46,599 nucleotides of DNA from Nitrospirota bacterium (GCA_963703955.1 CAVPGK010000019.1:1-46599); one strand, 5' to 3'. Numbered from the stretch's first letter, positions 28,829 through 39,731 are shown. Notes: a model not told the origin generated them from the letters alone. Made by a program: numbers and translations.

Positions 28829-31213
28829 ATGCCGTTGATTGATCGATTTATCGAGCCACCTCCGCGCTCGAGACGGTGGCCCTGGTGGGGCACTGTCCTT
28901 CTCACATTGGCGGTAGTTCTCGTGCTCTTGGTGAGCGCCGCAGCCGGTCTTTTGTGGTATGTGTCGCAAGACCTGCCGTCGCTTGACTCCCTGACCGCGT
29001 ACCAGCCGAGTCTCGTGAGCCGCGTCTATTCAGACGATCGACAGGTGGTCGGTCAGTTTTATGTCGAGCGCCGCATTCTGACGCCGATCTCCGAGGTTCC
29101 CCAGCATCTGACCCAAGCCGTGGTGGCTGTGGAGGACGCGCGGTTCTTCGAACATCCGGGGCTGGATGTGATCGGCATCCTGCGCGCGGTTTGGACCAAC
29201 CTGCGCCGCGGTGGAAGGGTGGAAGGGGCCAGCACGATCACCCAGCAATTGGCGCGCTCGCTGTTTCTGTCGTCCGAACGAACGTACGGACGAAAGTTCA
29301 AGGAACTGATCCTTGCCTATAAGATCGAATTGATCTTGAGCAAGGAACAGATCCTGGAGATGTATCTCAATCAGATCTACTTTGGGCAAGGCGCGTATGG
29401 AGTCCGAGCCGCAACCCAGACCTACTTCGGAAAAGATCTCTCGGACCTGACTCTCGGGGAGGCCGCGCTGCTCGCAGGACTTCCCAAATCTCCCAACAAC
29501 TATTCTCCTTTCAAGAATATCGATCGAGCCAAGAAACGCCAAGAACATGTCCTCTCCAGGATGGAAGAGGCGGGGTTTATCAAGTCGACGGAACGCCTCG
29601 AGGCCGTCGCTCAACCACTCATCTTTCGTCATGGCAGCGCTGAGCAAGTGGCGCCACATTTTATGGAGTACGTCCGTCAACAACTGGTCGCGAAATTCGG
29701 TGAGACCACTGTCTACAAGGGAGGGCTGGAAATCTTCACCACGCTGAATCTGTCAATGCAGAAGGCCGCGGAGAGGGCGGTTCGGAACGGACTTCGACAG
29801 TTGGATAAACGGCAGGGCTGGCGCGGACCCCTTCGGACTCAAGATATCTCGAAACTCCCCGACGTGCAGGCTGTCCCCCCCGCCGGTAAGCCGAAAGAAG
29901 GCGATCTCATGGAGGGCGTCGTCACGAAAATCGGCAAGGACTATGTGCTCGTCCATGTTGGGGGCGCGATAGGGAGGCTGGCGTTCGATGACATGGTGTG
30001 GGCTCGCCGTCGACTGCACGGCCGTGACCTCGTCAAGGATGCGACGATGTTGCCGACGGTCAAAGGGTTGCTGAAGACAGGTGACGTTATCGAAGTCGCC
30101 GTGAAAAAGGTTGAGAAGGACACGATCCATTTCATGCTGGAGCAGACGCCGATCGTGGAAGGTGGTTTGCTTGCCATCGATCCACGGACCGGTGGCATTC
30201 GCGCCATGGTCGGAGGGTATGACTTCAGTCGGAGCGAATTCAATCGGACCGTGCTTGCCCATCGCCAGGCAGGATCAGCATTCAAACCGATCATCTATGC
30301 CACCGCGTTTCATGCGGGCTTGGGTCCGGCGACAGTTGTGGTCGATGCTCCGGTGGTCTACGAACAGGAGGATAAGGAGAAGACTTGGAAACCGGAAAAC
30401 TACGAAAAGAAGTTTTTCGGGGTCACGAATCTCCGGGAGGCCTTGATTCATTCGCGGAATGTGGCCACCGTGAGGCTCCTTGAGAAAATTGGGGTGCGCC
30501 CCGTCGTCGACTTTTCGAGAGGTCTCGGCATTGCGAGTCCGCTCAATCACGATCTCTCGCTGGCTTTGGGATCGTCCAGCATGACCTTGCTTGAACTCAC
30601 GTCGGCCTACGGTGTGTTTGCGAATCAGGGACTCAAGCTTGAGCCATATGCCGTCGCCATGGTGCAAAGTTCCGGTGGTCAAATGCTCGACCAAACCCTT
30701 TTTCAGCCGAAACCGGTTCTATCGCAGGAGACGGCCTACTTGATCACGAATGTGTTGCAAGATGTCATTCAGCGAGGGACCGGGCAACTTGCCAAGTCGA
30801 TCGATCGGCCGATCGCCGGGAAGACAGGGACCACGAACGATTACACGGATGCCTGGTTTATCGGTTACGCGCCGAATCTGGTTACAGGTGTCTGGGTGGG
30901 ATTCGATGATCTCAGATCGCTCGGAGAGACGGAATCAGGAGCGCACGCAGCATTGCCGATCTGGCTCGAATTCATGCAGGAGGCATTGACGCAACTCCCG
31001 GTCGTTCCCTTTGAGATTCCGGAAAACATCGTGTTCGCGAAGGTCGATTCCGAAACCGGTCTCTTGGCGCCAGAGCAGAGTGATCAAGGGACGGTAGAAA
31101 TCTTCTTGAAGGGCACCGAACCGACAGAACCTGCGCCCCAGCAACTGGGTCCCGCCAGCTTCTACAAACTCGACCAATTGACCGACAGTCCAACCGTTCC
31201 TCAAACGCAGTAA
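28829..31213 (+). CDS. mrcA: Penicillin-binding protein 1A
   Basis: EDARFFEHPG, GASTITQQLAR, SAFK, SRN, KTG; N-terminal TM. Confidence 0.95.
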   Translation: MPLIDRFIEPPPRSRRWPWWGTVLLTLAVVLVLLVSAAAGLLWYVSQDLPSLDSLTAYQPSLVSRVYSDDRQVVGQFYVERRILTPISEVPQHLTQAVVAVEDARFFEHPGLDVIGILRAVWTNLRRGGRVEGASTITQQLARSLFLSSERTYGRKFKELILAYKIELILSKEQILEMYLNQIYFGQGAYGVRAATQTYFGKDLSDLTLGEAALLAGLPKSPNNYSPFKNIDRAKKRQEHVLSRMEEAGFIKSTERLEAVAQPLIFRHGSAEQVAPHFMEYVRQQLVAKFGETTVYKGGLEIFTTLNLSMQKAAERAVRNGLRQLDKRQGWRGPLRTQDISKLPDVQAVPPAGKPKEGDLMEGVVTKIGKDYVLVHVGGAIGRLAFDDMVWARRRLHGRDLVKDATMLPTVKGLLKTGDVIEVAVKKVEKDTIHFMLEQTPIVEGGLLAIDPRTGGIRAMVGGYDFSRSEFNRTVLAHRQAGSAFKPIIYATAFHAGLGPATVVVDAPVVYEQEDKEKTWKPENYEKKFFGVTNLREALIHSRNVATVRLLEKIGVRPVVDFSRGLGIASPLNHDLSLALGSSSMTLLELTSAYGVFANQGLKLEPYAVAMVQSSGGQMLDQTLFQPKPVLSQETAYLITNVLQDVIQRGTGQLAKSIDRPIAGKTGTTNDYTDAWFIGYAPNLVTGVWVGFDDLRSLGETESGAHAALPIWLEFMQEALTQLPVVPFEIPENIVFAKVDSETGLLAPEQSDQGTVEIFLKGTEPTEPAPQQLGPASFYKLDQLTDSPTVPQTQ

Positions 31214-31262
31214 CTTTCCTTTTTTCTCAGTCTATCGGCGTGAAGGGCGGAGGAGCGAGGGT

Positions 31263-31475
31263 TTAGGATTTGGCGTCCTGGTACTCCTCGTGCCAGGCCA
31301 TTTGAATGGATTCGAGGATTTTTTCGTTCGACTTCATGGGGTCATCTTTAAATTCAGGGAGCGACGTAATCCATTTGTGCATGTCGGCGAACCGAACGGT
31401 CAAAGGGTCTGTGTCCGGATGGGCTTCAACCAGTCGGAGGGCGATTTCTTCTGCATCCTGCCACGTCAGATTCAT
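31263..31475 (-). CDS. iscX: Fe-S assembly protein IscX
   Basis: LTWQD..EIA..L.E.HP..DP..VRF, SNEKILESIQMAW. Confidence 0.93.
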   Translation of the reverse strand: MNLTWQDAEEIALRLVEAHPDTDPLTVRFADMHKWITSLPEFKDDPMKSNEKILESIQMAWHEEYQDAKS

Positions 31476-31511
31476 CGACATCTCCTTTTTCTCTCCCGCG
31501 ACACGGCGATC

Positions 31512-33332
31512 TTATGGAAGCTCAGAAAGCTTCTTGTTCTGAAGCGCTTGCTTCAGCGAATGATCCATGAGTTCTTCCGCCAGATGGTGGGTGGTCTTTT
31601 CCACGTCGGCGATCCGTGCGCGGATTGCTTTGTGATCCTCTCGGGTTCGCGCAGCCTCAAGGGCCTGTAAGGATGATTGAATGGCTGCCACCTCTTCCGC
31701 GGCGATCAAGTGTTTTCCGTGACCCAAGGCCTTTTCCGTTGCTCTCAGAATGGCCTCGGCTTCCGTTCTGGCTTCAATCAGTTGGCGAGCCTTGAGATCA
31801 TCCGCCGCGAACTGGAATGATTCGCTGATCATCCGCTCCACCTCTTCATCACCCAAGCCGTAGGAGGGCTTGACTTGAATCGACTGGAGCTGTCCGGTGC
31901 GGATATCTTTCGCCGTGACGCTGAGGATCCCGTTGGCATCGATCAGAAAGGTGACTTCGATGCGCGGAACTCCCGCCGGAAGCGGAGGAACCTTCAACTG
32001 AAAACGAGCGAGGCTTCGATTGTCCTTCGCCAGCTCACGTTCGCCCTGCAGAATATGAATGTCAACCGAAGTCTGGCCATCGACATAGGTCGTGAACATC
32101 TCCTTGGCGCTGGCAGGGATAGTGGTATTACGGCGGATCAACGTGCTCATGACGCCGCCCATCGTTTCGATCCCTAACGAGAGGGGCGTGACGTCGAGCA
32201 GAAGCATGTTCTGGATGCCCCCACTGAGAATATCGGCCTGTACAGCGGCGCCCAAGGCGACCACTTCATCCGGATTGAGGTTGCTGTGCGGCACCTTGCC
32301 GAACAATTCCTGAACTCGTCGGCGCACGAGCGGCATCCGCGTCGCCCCGCCCACCAGGATGACTTCATCGATGTCCGATGGCTGGAGTTCGGCGTCTTTG
32401 AGCGCCAGCCGACACGGGCCCATGGTTTGCTCGACTAAATCCGTGGTGAGCGTCTCGAGCTGATCGCGGGTCAGTTCACAGTGAAACTCGCCTTTGCTGT
32501 CAGGCAACTCAATCGACACGGCGGTCTTCTGTTCGTCGGACAAGCGGATCTTGGACCTCTCGGCTTCCAGGCGAATCGTTTGCATGGCATCGGGATAGGG
32601 CTCCAGATCAAGACCATGCCGGCTCCGGATCTCCTGAAGAAGGAAGTTCACCACCTGCCGGTCAAAATCATCCCCCCCGAGATGCGTGTTCCCGTTTGTG
32701 GCCAGTACCTCGAAGATGCCGTCCTTGAGCTTGAGGATTGAAAGATCGAAGGTGCCACCCCCGAGATCGTACACGGCGATCACTCCCTGGGTACGTTTCT
32801 GAAGGCCGTAGGCCAAAGACGCGGCCGTGGGTTCATTAATGATGCGAAGCACTTCGAGCCCGGCGATCATCCCGGCGTCTTTCGTCGCTTGTCGCTGACT
32901 GTCATTGAAGTAGGCTGGAACCGTAATCACCACTTTGGAGCATTCCTCACCGAGATGCGCTTCGGCCCGAAGCTTCAGCTCCTTGAGAATCATCGCCGAG
33001 ATCTGCGGCGGGGAGTAGGTTTTCTCTCCAAGCTGAATGCGGATGACGCCTCCCTGTTCGGTCAGTCGATAGGGGAAATATCTGAGTTCTTCCGAGACAT
33101 CGGTCAAGCTTTTGCCCATAAACCGCTTGACAGAGTAGATCGTCCGCTCCGGATTTCGAACCAGGTATTCTTTGGCCGGATCACCGACGATGAGGCCGTT
33201 ATCGGTCATGGCTACGACCGATGGAACCATGGTTCGTCCATTGCGCCCGGGAATGACACTGGGCGTGTCACCGTCCATGTAAGCGATCAGAGAATTGGTC
33301 GTGCCGAGGTCGATGCCGAGAATACGTGCCAT
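31512..33332 (-). CDS. hscA: Hsp70 chaperone HscA
   Basis: GIDLGTTNS, TVPAYFND, DLGGGTFD; between hscB and iscX. Confidence 0.92.
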   Translation of the reverse strand: MARILGIDLGTTNSLIAYMDGDTPSVIPGRNGRTMVPSVVAMTDNGLIVGDPAKEYLVRNPERTIYSVKRFMGKSLTDVSEELRYFPYRLTEQGGVIRIQLGEKTYSPPQISAMILKELKLRAEAHLGEECSKVVITVPAYFNDSQRQATKDAGMIAGLEVLRIINEPTAASLAYGLQKRTQGVIAVYDLGGGTFDLSILKLKDGIFEVLATNGNTHLGGDDFDRQVVNFLLQEIRSRHGLDLEPYPDAMQTIRLEAERSKIRLSDEQKTAVSIELPDSKGEFHCELTRDQLETLTTDLVEQTMGPCRLALKDAELQPSDIDEVILVGGATRMPLVRRRVQELFGKVPHSNLNPDEVVALGAAVQADILSGGIQNMLLLDVTPLSLGIETMGGVMSTLIRRNTTIPASAKEMFTTYVDGQTSVDIHILQGERELAKDNRSLARFQLKVPPLPAGVPRIEVTFLIDANGILSVTAKDIRTGQLQSIQVKPSYGLGDEEVERMISESFQFAADDLKARQLIEARTEAEAILRATEKALGHGKHLIAAEEVAAIQSSLQALEAARTREDHKAIRARIADVEKTTHHLAEELMDHSLKQALQNKKLSELP

Positions 33333-33343
33333 AGAACTTCCTA

Positions 33344-34066
33344 TCAGCCGGTGGTCGCAATCAGGTCGTCGATGATATGGCGCAAATAAGTCCTGTTCGA
33401 GATGATTTCCCGCATCTCCTTCAAAATGCTTTCTCTCTCATGATGAGCCGGGTTAGTCTGAGCCGTCTGATTCTGCAAGGCATCCCACTTCGTAAATAAG
33501 CGCGAAAGCTGAGCTTCCATCTCTCGTTGGCGCTGTTCCAATGAGTCGCGATCTGTTGTCAGCTTAGCCCGCAGCCGCTCCAGGTTCTTTGGGTCCTGAT
33601 CGGCGGATGTCGACCGAAATTCCTCTAAATCTTCCTGCAGCTCCAGGATCTCGTCGAAGAGATCAGCGGGCGGTGACGTGCGAATGTCTTTAGCCGAGCC
33701 GGCTTCCAACCGAAGGAGGTACTCCGCTCGTCGAATCGGGTCTTTAAGCGTGCGGTAGGCCGTGTTGAGCCAGGCGGAGTTCTTCAGACTGATGGCTTGT
33801 TCAGTCGGGGTCTTACTTTGATAAAAGTCAGGGTGGAACGAGCGGCTCAGTTCGTAGAACTTCGCTTCCAGTTTCTCGGTGTCAATGCTCAGTAAACGCG
33901 GCAGTCCCAGGCAGGAAAAGTAATCAAGTTCTTTCGAGAGCGGCTGGACCTTCACGCATTGCTCGCAAAAATACTCCCCCGTGACCTCGGACTGGCAGTG
34001 CCAGCACATACTCCGGGCCATTTGAAGCTCAGTGCGCTTGGGGAATGTTTTTTGCGTCTGATCCAT
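33344..34066 (-). CDS. hscB: Co-chaperone HscB with N-terminal tetra-Cys domain
   Basis: HPD J-domain, LNTAYRTLKDPIRRAEYLL; CWHC...CEQC. Confidence 0.93.
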   Translation of the reverse strand: MDQTQKTFPKRTELQMARSMCWHCQSEVTGEYFCEQCVKVQPLSKELDYFSCLGLPRLLSIDTEKLEAKFYELSRSFHPDFYQSKTPTEQAISLKNSAWLNTAYRTLKDPIRRAEYLLRLEAGSAKDIRTSPPADLFDEILELQEDLEEFRSTSADQDPKNLERLRAKLTTDRDSLEQRQREMEAQLSRLFTKWDALQNQTAQTNPAHHERESILKEMREIISNRTYLRHIIDDLIATTG

Positions 34067-34082
34067 GGCCACTAGACACAAA

Positions 34083-34117
34083 GGGCATGGCGCCGTTTGT
34101 GATCGGCCACCATGCCC
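34083..34117 (-). terminator. Hairpin between iscA and hscB
   Basis: gggcatgg...ccatgccc with T run on minus strand. Confidence 0.45.
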
Positions 34118-34153
34118 ATCCTCACCTTAAATCCGGGAATGATCACTGAGGAA

Positions 34154-34507
34154 TCAGGCCGAGAAAGATTCTCCGCAGCCGCAGGTCTTCTCTGCGTTGG
34201 GATTGACGAACTTGAACGCCCCGCCCATCAGATCCTTCTGGAAATCCAACTGCGTGCCTTGCAGGTAAATCGCGCTTTTGGCATCCACGAGCACTTTGAT
34301 GCCGTCAATCTCATACACGGTATCGTATTGACCGATCTTGTCGTCAAAATTGATCGTGTAGCTCAGACCTGAGCAGCCGCCTCCTTTGACGCCCAGACGG
34401 AGACCTCCCTCGGTAATACCTTGCACGTTTATCAGCCGTTTGACTTCCTTGACTGCGGCCTCACTGAGTGTGATAGTAGGGCTCGCTTGCGTATCCGTTA
34501 AATCCAT
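34154..34507 (-). CDS. iscA: Fe-S assembly protein IscA
   Basis: GGGCSGLSY, TCGCGESF. Confidence 0.93.
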   Translation of the reverse strand: MDLTDTQASPTITLSEAAVKEVKRLINVQGITEGGLRLGVKGGGCSGLSYTINFDDKIGQYDTVYEIDGIKVLVDAKSAIYLQGTQLDFQKDLMGGAFKFVNPNAEKTCGCGESFSA

Positions 34508-34542
34508 AGTAACTCCTTAGGGTTGACAAATCCCGGTCGTCG

Positions 34543-34923
34543 TTATTGCTGGGCTTTCTTCTTGTAATCAGCCAGCGCGGCTTTGATGGCATCCTCCGCC
34601 AACACGGAGCAATGGATCTTGACCGGCGGAAGATTGAGTTCCTGGACGATGTCGGTATTCTTAATCTGACCGGCCTCCTCAATGGTCTTGCCCTTGAGCC
34701 ATTCGGTGGCCAAGCTCGAGCTGGCAATTGCCGATCCGCACCCGAACGTCTTGAACTTGGCGTCTACGATCTTTTCATCTTGCACCTTGATCTGGAGCTT
34801 CATGACGTCGCCGCATTCGGGCGCTCCCACAGTGCCTGTGCCCACGCCGTCTTCGTCCTTTCTGAAACTTCCCACATTGCGTGGGTTGTTGAAATGGTCG
34901 ACCACCTTCTCGCTGTATGCCAT
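34543..34923 (-). CDS. iscU: Fe-S scaffold IscU
   Basis: GAPECGDVM, FGCGSAIASSS, LPPVKIHC. Confidence 0.97.
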   Translation of the reverse strand: MAYSEKVVDHFNNPRNVGSFRKDEDGVGTGTVGAPECGDVMKLQIKVQDEKIVDAKFKTFGCGSAIASSSLATEWLKGKTIEEAGQIKNTDIVQELNLPPVKIHCSVLAEDAIKAALADYKKKAQQ

Positions 34924-34955
34924 GTTGTAATCCTCCTCCCTCTAGATCGAGTGCC

Positions 34956-36173
34956 TCAGTGAGCAGCCCATTGAACCGATTTCAGATCGATCCCTTCTTT
35001 CGCCATTTCGTAGAGAGGGGACATTTCCCTCAGCTTTGTCACTATCTCTATAATTCGTTTCACAGTGTAGTCAACTTCTTCATCCGTGTTGAATCGTCCC
35101 AGTCCGAACCGGATTGACGAATGGGCCAAGTCGGACCCGACACCGAGCGCGCGCAACACATAGGATGGTTCGAGCGTGGCCGAGGTACAGGCCGACCCCG
35201 AAGACAGGGCGATTTCTTTGACGCCCATCAGCAGCGATTCGCCCTCGACATATGCAAATGAAATATTCAGATTGTGGGGGAGTCGCTGCGTCGGGTGACC
35301 GTTCAGATACACCTCCTCCAGTCCGGACATGATCCCCGTCTGGAGGCGATCACGCATCGCGACGAGCCGCTGAGACTCAGTCGGCATCTCCTGCTCACAC
35401 AACTCGATCGCCCTCCCGAAGCCCACGATCAGCGGTACAGGAAGCGTGCCGGAACGCATGCCGCGCTCATGACCTCCGCCGTCAATCATCGGGACGATTC
35501 GGACACGGGGTCCCTTTTTCCGAACGTAGAGCGCACCCACACCTTTCGGACCATAGATCTTATGAGCGGTGAATGACATCAAGTCGATGCCCATTGCCTG
35601 CACATCAACCGGAACTTTACCGACACCTTGGGTCGCGTCACAATGAAACAGGATTCCCTTCTCTTTGGCGATAGCTCCGATCTCCTTGATCGGATTAATC
35701 GTACCGATTTCATTGTTCGCAAGCATGATCGTGATCAGAATGGTCTTCTCGGTAATCGCATTCCGAACATCCTCCGGGCTGACCATCCCGGCCTTGTCGA
35801 CAGGAAGGTACGTCACCTTGAGTCCCTTTTTTGACTCCAGGGCTTTACAGGTGTCCAGCACTGCGCGGTGCTCGGTCATGCTGGTGATAATGTGATCCCC
35901 TTTTTCATGGTACATCTCGACAACGCCCTTGATCGCTAGGTTATCGGACTCCGTCGCTCCGCTGGTAAAGACCAACTCCTTGGAGTCCGCATGGATCAAC
36001 CGTGCGATTTGCTTGCGCGCATTCTCCACCGCCTCTTCCGCTTCCCACCCGAACGCGTGATTACGGCTGGCGGCATTGCCGAACTTCTCCACGAAATAGG
36101 GCAGCATAGCCGCCAAGACCCGAGGGTCCATCGGGGTGGTGGAGTGATTATCCATGAAAATCGGGAACTTCAT
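34956..36173 (-). CDS. iscS: Cysteine desulfurase IscS
   Basis: [18 protein letters not shown]-terminal WAAH. Confidence 0.97.
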   Translation of the reverse strand: MKFPIFMDNHSTTPMDPRVLAAMLPYFVEKFGNAASRNHAFGWEAEEAVENARKQIARLIHADSKELVFTSGATESDNLAIKGVVEMYHEKGDHIITSMTEHRAVLDTCKALESKKGLKVTYLPVDKAGMVSPEDVRNAITEKTILITIMLANNEIGTINPIKEIGAIAKEKGILFHCDATQGVGKVPVDVQAMGIDLMSFTAHKIYGPKGVGALYVRKKGPRVRIVPMIDGGGHERGMRSGTLPVPLIVGFGRAIELCEQEMPTESQRLVAMRDRLQTGIMSGLEEVYLNGHPTQRLPHNLNISFAYVEGESLLMGVKEIALSSGSACTSATLEPSYVLRALGVGSDLAHSSIRFGLGRFNTDEEVDYTVKRIIEIVTKLREMSPLYEMAKEGIDLKSVQWAAH

Positions 36174-36640
36174 CGCTCAGCTCCTTCTGTTGTGAGTGAC
36201 CGAACCGTAATCAAGGGCGGGCCACCCATCATGTCTTCGACAGTCATGCTGTTCAACAGTTGATAAATACTGTCTTGTACCTTCAAGAGCGGGGTTCGAA
36301 TGTTACAACGTTCATGCTGCAAACAGACTGCGTCCTTATCGTGATAGCATTCGGTAATTCCCAATGGTCCTTCAATGGCCTCCAGAACCTGGCCGATCGT
36401 GATCGCGCTTGCGTTTCGTGCCAGCAGATAACCACCTTTGGGTCCGTTTTGACTCTCAATAAGTCCATGTTTTGCGAGCGTCTGCAAGACCTTGGCCAGT
36501 AGTTCCACGGGAATATGATATTCCTCGGCAATTTCTTTTGTATTCACGATCCGGGCCCGGGTCACATCGCCGAACTGGACAGATGCGATATATTGGAGAG
36601 CCATCAACCCGTAGTCCGCCTTCTTGGAGAACTTCAGCAC
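36170..36640 (-). CDS. Rrf2 family regulator, IscR-like
   Basis: GPKGGY wing, three Cys (C-x7-C-x5-C); GTG start at 36640 with GGAGG SD. Confidence 0.9.
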   Translation of the reverse strand: MLKFSKKADYGLMALQYIASVQFGDVTRARIVNTKEIAEEYHIPVELLAKVLQTLAKHGLIESQNGPKGGYLLARNASAITIGQVLEAIEGPLGITECYHDKDAVCLQHERCNIRTPLLKVQDSIYQLLNSMTVEDMMGGPPLITVRSLTTEGAER

Positions 36641-36643
36641 AGA

Positions 36644-36700
36644 ACCTCCGATCATATTTGTCGGGGATCAAGACGATCGCCGATTTAAATGGTCGGATAC
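36644..36700. promoter_or_regulatory. Two IscR type-1-like operators
   Basis: Minus strand CCGAC-N8-TCGG in 36676-36700 and 36644-36668. Confidence 0.65.
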
Positions 36701-36730
36701 AATCTAGCATCGCCACCCCCTCGATGTCAA
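36701..36730 (-). promoter_or_regulatory. sigma70-type promoter of isc operon
   Basis: TTGACA-18 bp-TAGATT with extended TG. Confidence 0.6.
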
Positions 36731-36841
36731 CAAATAATAACTTAGCATTAACATATGCTTATAAATATAAATAGGTCGTGCATCGAACTTTCTTCCTGTG
36801 TTAGAGTACGTCTGTAACCCGGTGAGGAAAAGGTCGTCACT

Positions 36842-37258
36842 ATGGGTGGCAGTAACCCTTACATTGAAAAAGCCGAATTTGAGTTACCGACAAAGTCATA
36901 TACGGTAACCTTTGTAGCGCCGGACAAGACCGAGCATGTCATTCATGTTGACCCAAACAAGATTCCTTATGGGGGGACCGGGCTCCCTGGCAGCATTCTG
37001 GATATCGCACTGGGAGCGGGAATTGATTTGGAACATGCGTGCGGGGGGGTGTGCGCTTGCTCAACCTGTCACGTCATTGTGAAGCAGGGGCTTGAGTCAT
37101 GCAACGAAGGCACAGATGACGAATTTGATCAGCTTGAAGAAGCGCCGGCTACCACTCTGAAGTCTCGACTAGGCTGCCAATGCGTCCCGAACGGGACCAC
37201 GGACGTGGTCGTCGAAATCCCGGCAGTGAACAAGAATCTTGTCAAAGAAGGTCACTGA
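36842..37258 (+). CDS. fdx: ISC-type 2Fe-2S ferredoxin
   Basis: EHACGGVCACSTCH, SRLGCQ. Confidence 0.93.
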   Translation: MGGSNPYIEKAEFELPTKSYTVTFVAPDKTEHVIHVDPNKIPYGGTGLPGSILDIALGAGIDLEHACGGVCACSTCHVIVKQGLESCNEGTDDEFDQLEEAPATTLKSRLGCQCVPNGTTDVVVEIPAVNKNLVKEGH

Positions 37259-37267
37259 ATCTTGAGT

Positions 37268-37984
37268 CTAGTCATACGTCTCGACCCGTATTTCCCGCCG
37301 CTCAAATCCTAGATCTGTAAGGTACGCTCGCAAGGGACGGACAAAGGCTTTGATCCCACTGATCAGAGGAATGAAGTCTTTTCGCCCGGCGATGTACGGA
37401 GCAAGACTTTGTACCGCAGGCCAATCATGAACGGGTCTCTTCAAGTCCTCCTCCGCCGAGTTAGAAATCAGGGGCAGATAGTGAAAACCACTGCGGGATG
37501 CCCATTCGGTAAACTCGTGATGGTAGATCAATTCGTCATGAGTGGGCGCGCTATAGCTGAGTATGACCTGGCCGGCGGGTGCGGTGGAAAACAGATGGGT
37601 AAGCATACAGCGGACCGGGACTATTCCTGTGTATCGAGCGATAAATACCAAATCCTCTTGGCTTGACTCCGGCAGGACAAACCGACCATGAGGGCCTGAG
37701 AAGATGACCTGGTCGCCCTCTTTCAGCCCAAATAGGTACTCTGTGGCTGCTCCCTGCGGGACTCGGTCGAACGCCAGCACCAACTGACCTGACGAGGACT
37801 CCGGATCGGCCATGGAGTACGCCCGTACCAGTGGCGGATGGTTCCCAACCGGCAACTGGAGAGATATCCACTGTCCGGGCTTATAGGAAAAGGGTGTGAC
37901 CGTGGGGGTGAGCACCAATTCCCTGACATGTGGACTGAGAGACCGCGTACGCAGGACGGTTGCGGGTTGCGTAGGTCCGCCCAT
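37268..37984 (-). CDS. FNR-like FAD-binding oxidoreductase
   Basis: PGQW, RAYS, GPHGRF; atypical nucleotide-binding motif. Confidence 0.85.
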   Translation of the reverse strand: MGGPTQPATVLRTRSLSPHVRELVLTPTVTPFSYKPGQWISLQLPVGNHPPLVRAYSMADPESSSGQLVLAFDRVPQGAATEYLFGLKEGDQVIFSGPHGRFVLPESSQEDLVFIARYTGIVPVRCMLTHLFSTAPAGQVILSYSAPTHDELIYHHEFTEWASRSGFHYLPLISNSAEEDLKRPVHDWPAVQSLAPYIAGRKDFIPLISGIKAFVRPLRAYLTDLGFERREIRVETYD

Positions 37985-38198
37985 AAAAATAGCGCTCGTT
38001 TGTCGGTTGAATCAGAACTTGAAAATTATAATGAATCAGTTGCTGAGTGCATAGGCCATTCGGCTCAAGGTCCTGATTCAGGGGTGAGGTGTAGCAGATT
38101 CCTACGATTCTTTACAACCCAGATGCGGCGTGTTATAGGTCCACGTCCGATTCTGAAAGAAGCTCATAAGCGCGCACTTTTCACTCGAAAAGCAGCTC

Positions 38199-39622
38199 AT
38201 GAACAAAGTTAGAGTTCGATTCGCCCCAAGTCCGACCGGTTACCTTCATATCGGTGGTGTCCGCACCGCTCTATTTAATTGGCTGTTCGCCAGACGAGAG
38301 GGCGGCACGTTCCTTCTCCGTATTGAGGATACCGACCAAAGCCGGTCAACCGATGAAGCCATTCAAGCCATTGTTGAGGGTATGCAATGGGTTGGCTTGG
38401 ATTGGGATGAGGGTCCCTTTCGACAAACTGAGCGAATGGACCTGTACCGGCAGTATGCCTTCAAGCTTCTCGATCAGGGCCAGGTGTATTGGTGTGTATG
38501 TACCGCGGAGGAGTTGGAAGCCCGACGAAAGGACGCTCAGGCCAAGGGCTTACCTGTCAAATATGATGGACGGTGTCGCGGCCGTGGCATCAAAAATCCC
38601 AGCGGAGAGGCCGCGCTGCGCTTCATTGCTCCACAGGATGGCCAGACGGTTATCGAAGATCTGATTAAGGGACGAGTCACGTTTGATAATAGTGTCTTGG
38701 ACGATTTGATTATCCTGCGCTCGAACGGATACCCCACCTACAACTTCTCGGTTGTGGTGGATGACGCGCTCATGGGCATCACCCATGTCGTCCGAGGTGA
38801 CGACCATTTGACCAATACGCCCCGCCAAATTCCGATGTTCCGCGCATTGGGCTTTGAGGCTCCTCGATTTGGCCACCTGCCGATGATCCTCGGAGAGGAT
38901 AAGGCACGGCTGTCGAAACGTCATGGGGCGACATCGATCCTCTCCTATCGCGAGATGGGCTACCTGCCGGAAGCGATGGTGAACTATCTCGTCCGGTTGG
39001 GCTGGTCTCACGGGGACCAGGAGATCTTCGCGATTCCGGAGCTCATCGAGAAGTTTTCGTTCGAACAGGTACAGAAATCGTCGGCCGTGTTTAACCCGGA
39101 CAAACTGCTGTGGGTGAACGCCCAGCACATGCAGCGTGGCGAGCCGAAGCGCATAGCTGAACTGCTTCAGCCGTTTCTTGAGCAAGCCGGGGTTGGGCTA
39201 GCCGCTAAAGCTGCCCCAGAGGGGTGGGGCGAGAAGCTTGTGCTGGCTCTGCGCGAGCGGGCGAGAACCTTGGCGGAAATGGCCACTGCAGCCGTCCCCT
39301 ACTTGGTCGACGAAGTGGAAGTCGAACGTGCGGCGGCGGATAAGTATCTGACCCCCGGCAGTCGCCTCGACGTTGACCAAGTTGGCCGATCGTCTGGAGG
39401 CCCTGCCGAGTTTCGTCGAAAGATGCTGCTGAGAAGGTGTTCAAAGACTTGCTCGAAGAGGCAGGCTTGAGCATGGGACAACTGGCGCAGCCGGTCCGGG
39501 TCGCGCTCACTGGCCGCACGGCAAGTCCCGGCATCTTCGAAGTCATTGAGTTGCTTGGACAGCAGAAGACAGTCACCCGGCTGCGACGCGGGGTAGCCAT
39601 GGCCATCCAGCCCCATTCTTGA
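38199..39622 (+). CDS. gltX: Glutamate--tRNA ligase with two apparent +1 indels (~39352-39356, ~39415)
   Basis: [17 protein letters not shown]; anticodon domain PVRVALTG...SPGIFE continues in shifted frames. Confidence 0.93.
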
Positions 39623-39657
39623 CTCTCCGTCGGTGTTATATTACGCTGCAGTCCGGT

Positions 39658-39731
39658 TGGGGGATCGTCTAGTGGTAGGACGTCAGACTCTGGATCTGAC
39701 TACCTAGGTTCGAATCCTAGTCCCCCAGCCA
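39658..39731 (+). tRNA. tRNA-Gln(CTG)
   Basis: TGGGGGA...TCAGA-CTCTGGA-TCTGA...TCCCCCAGCCA. Confidence 0.97.

Noticed and set aside
31512..33332. Calling this gene dnaK
   Set aside because: Position between hscB and iscX and lack of the DnaK acidic tail favour hscA
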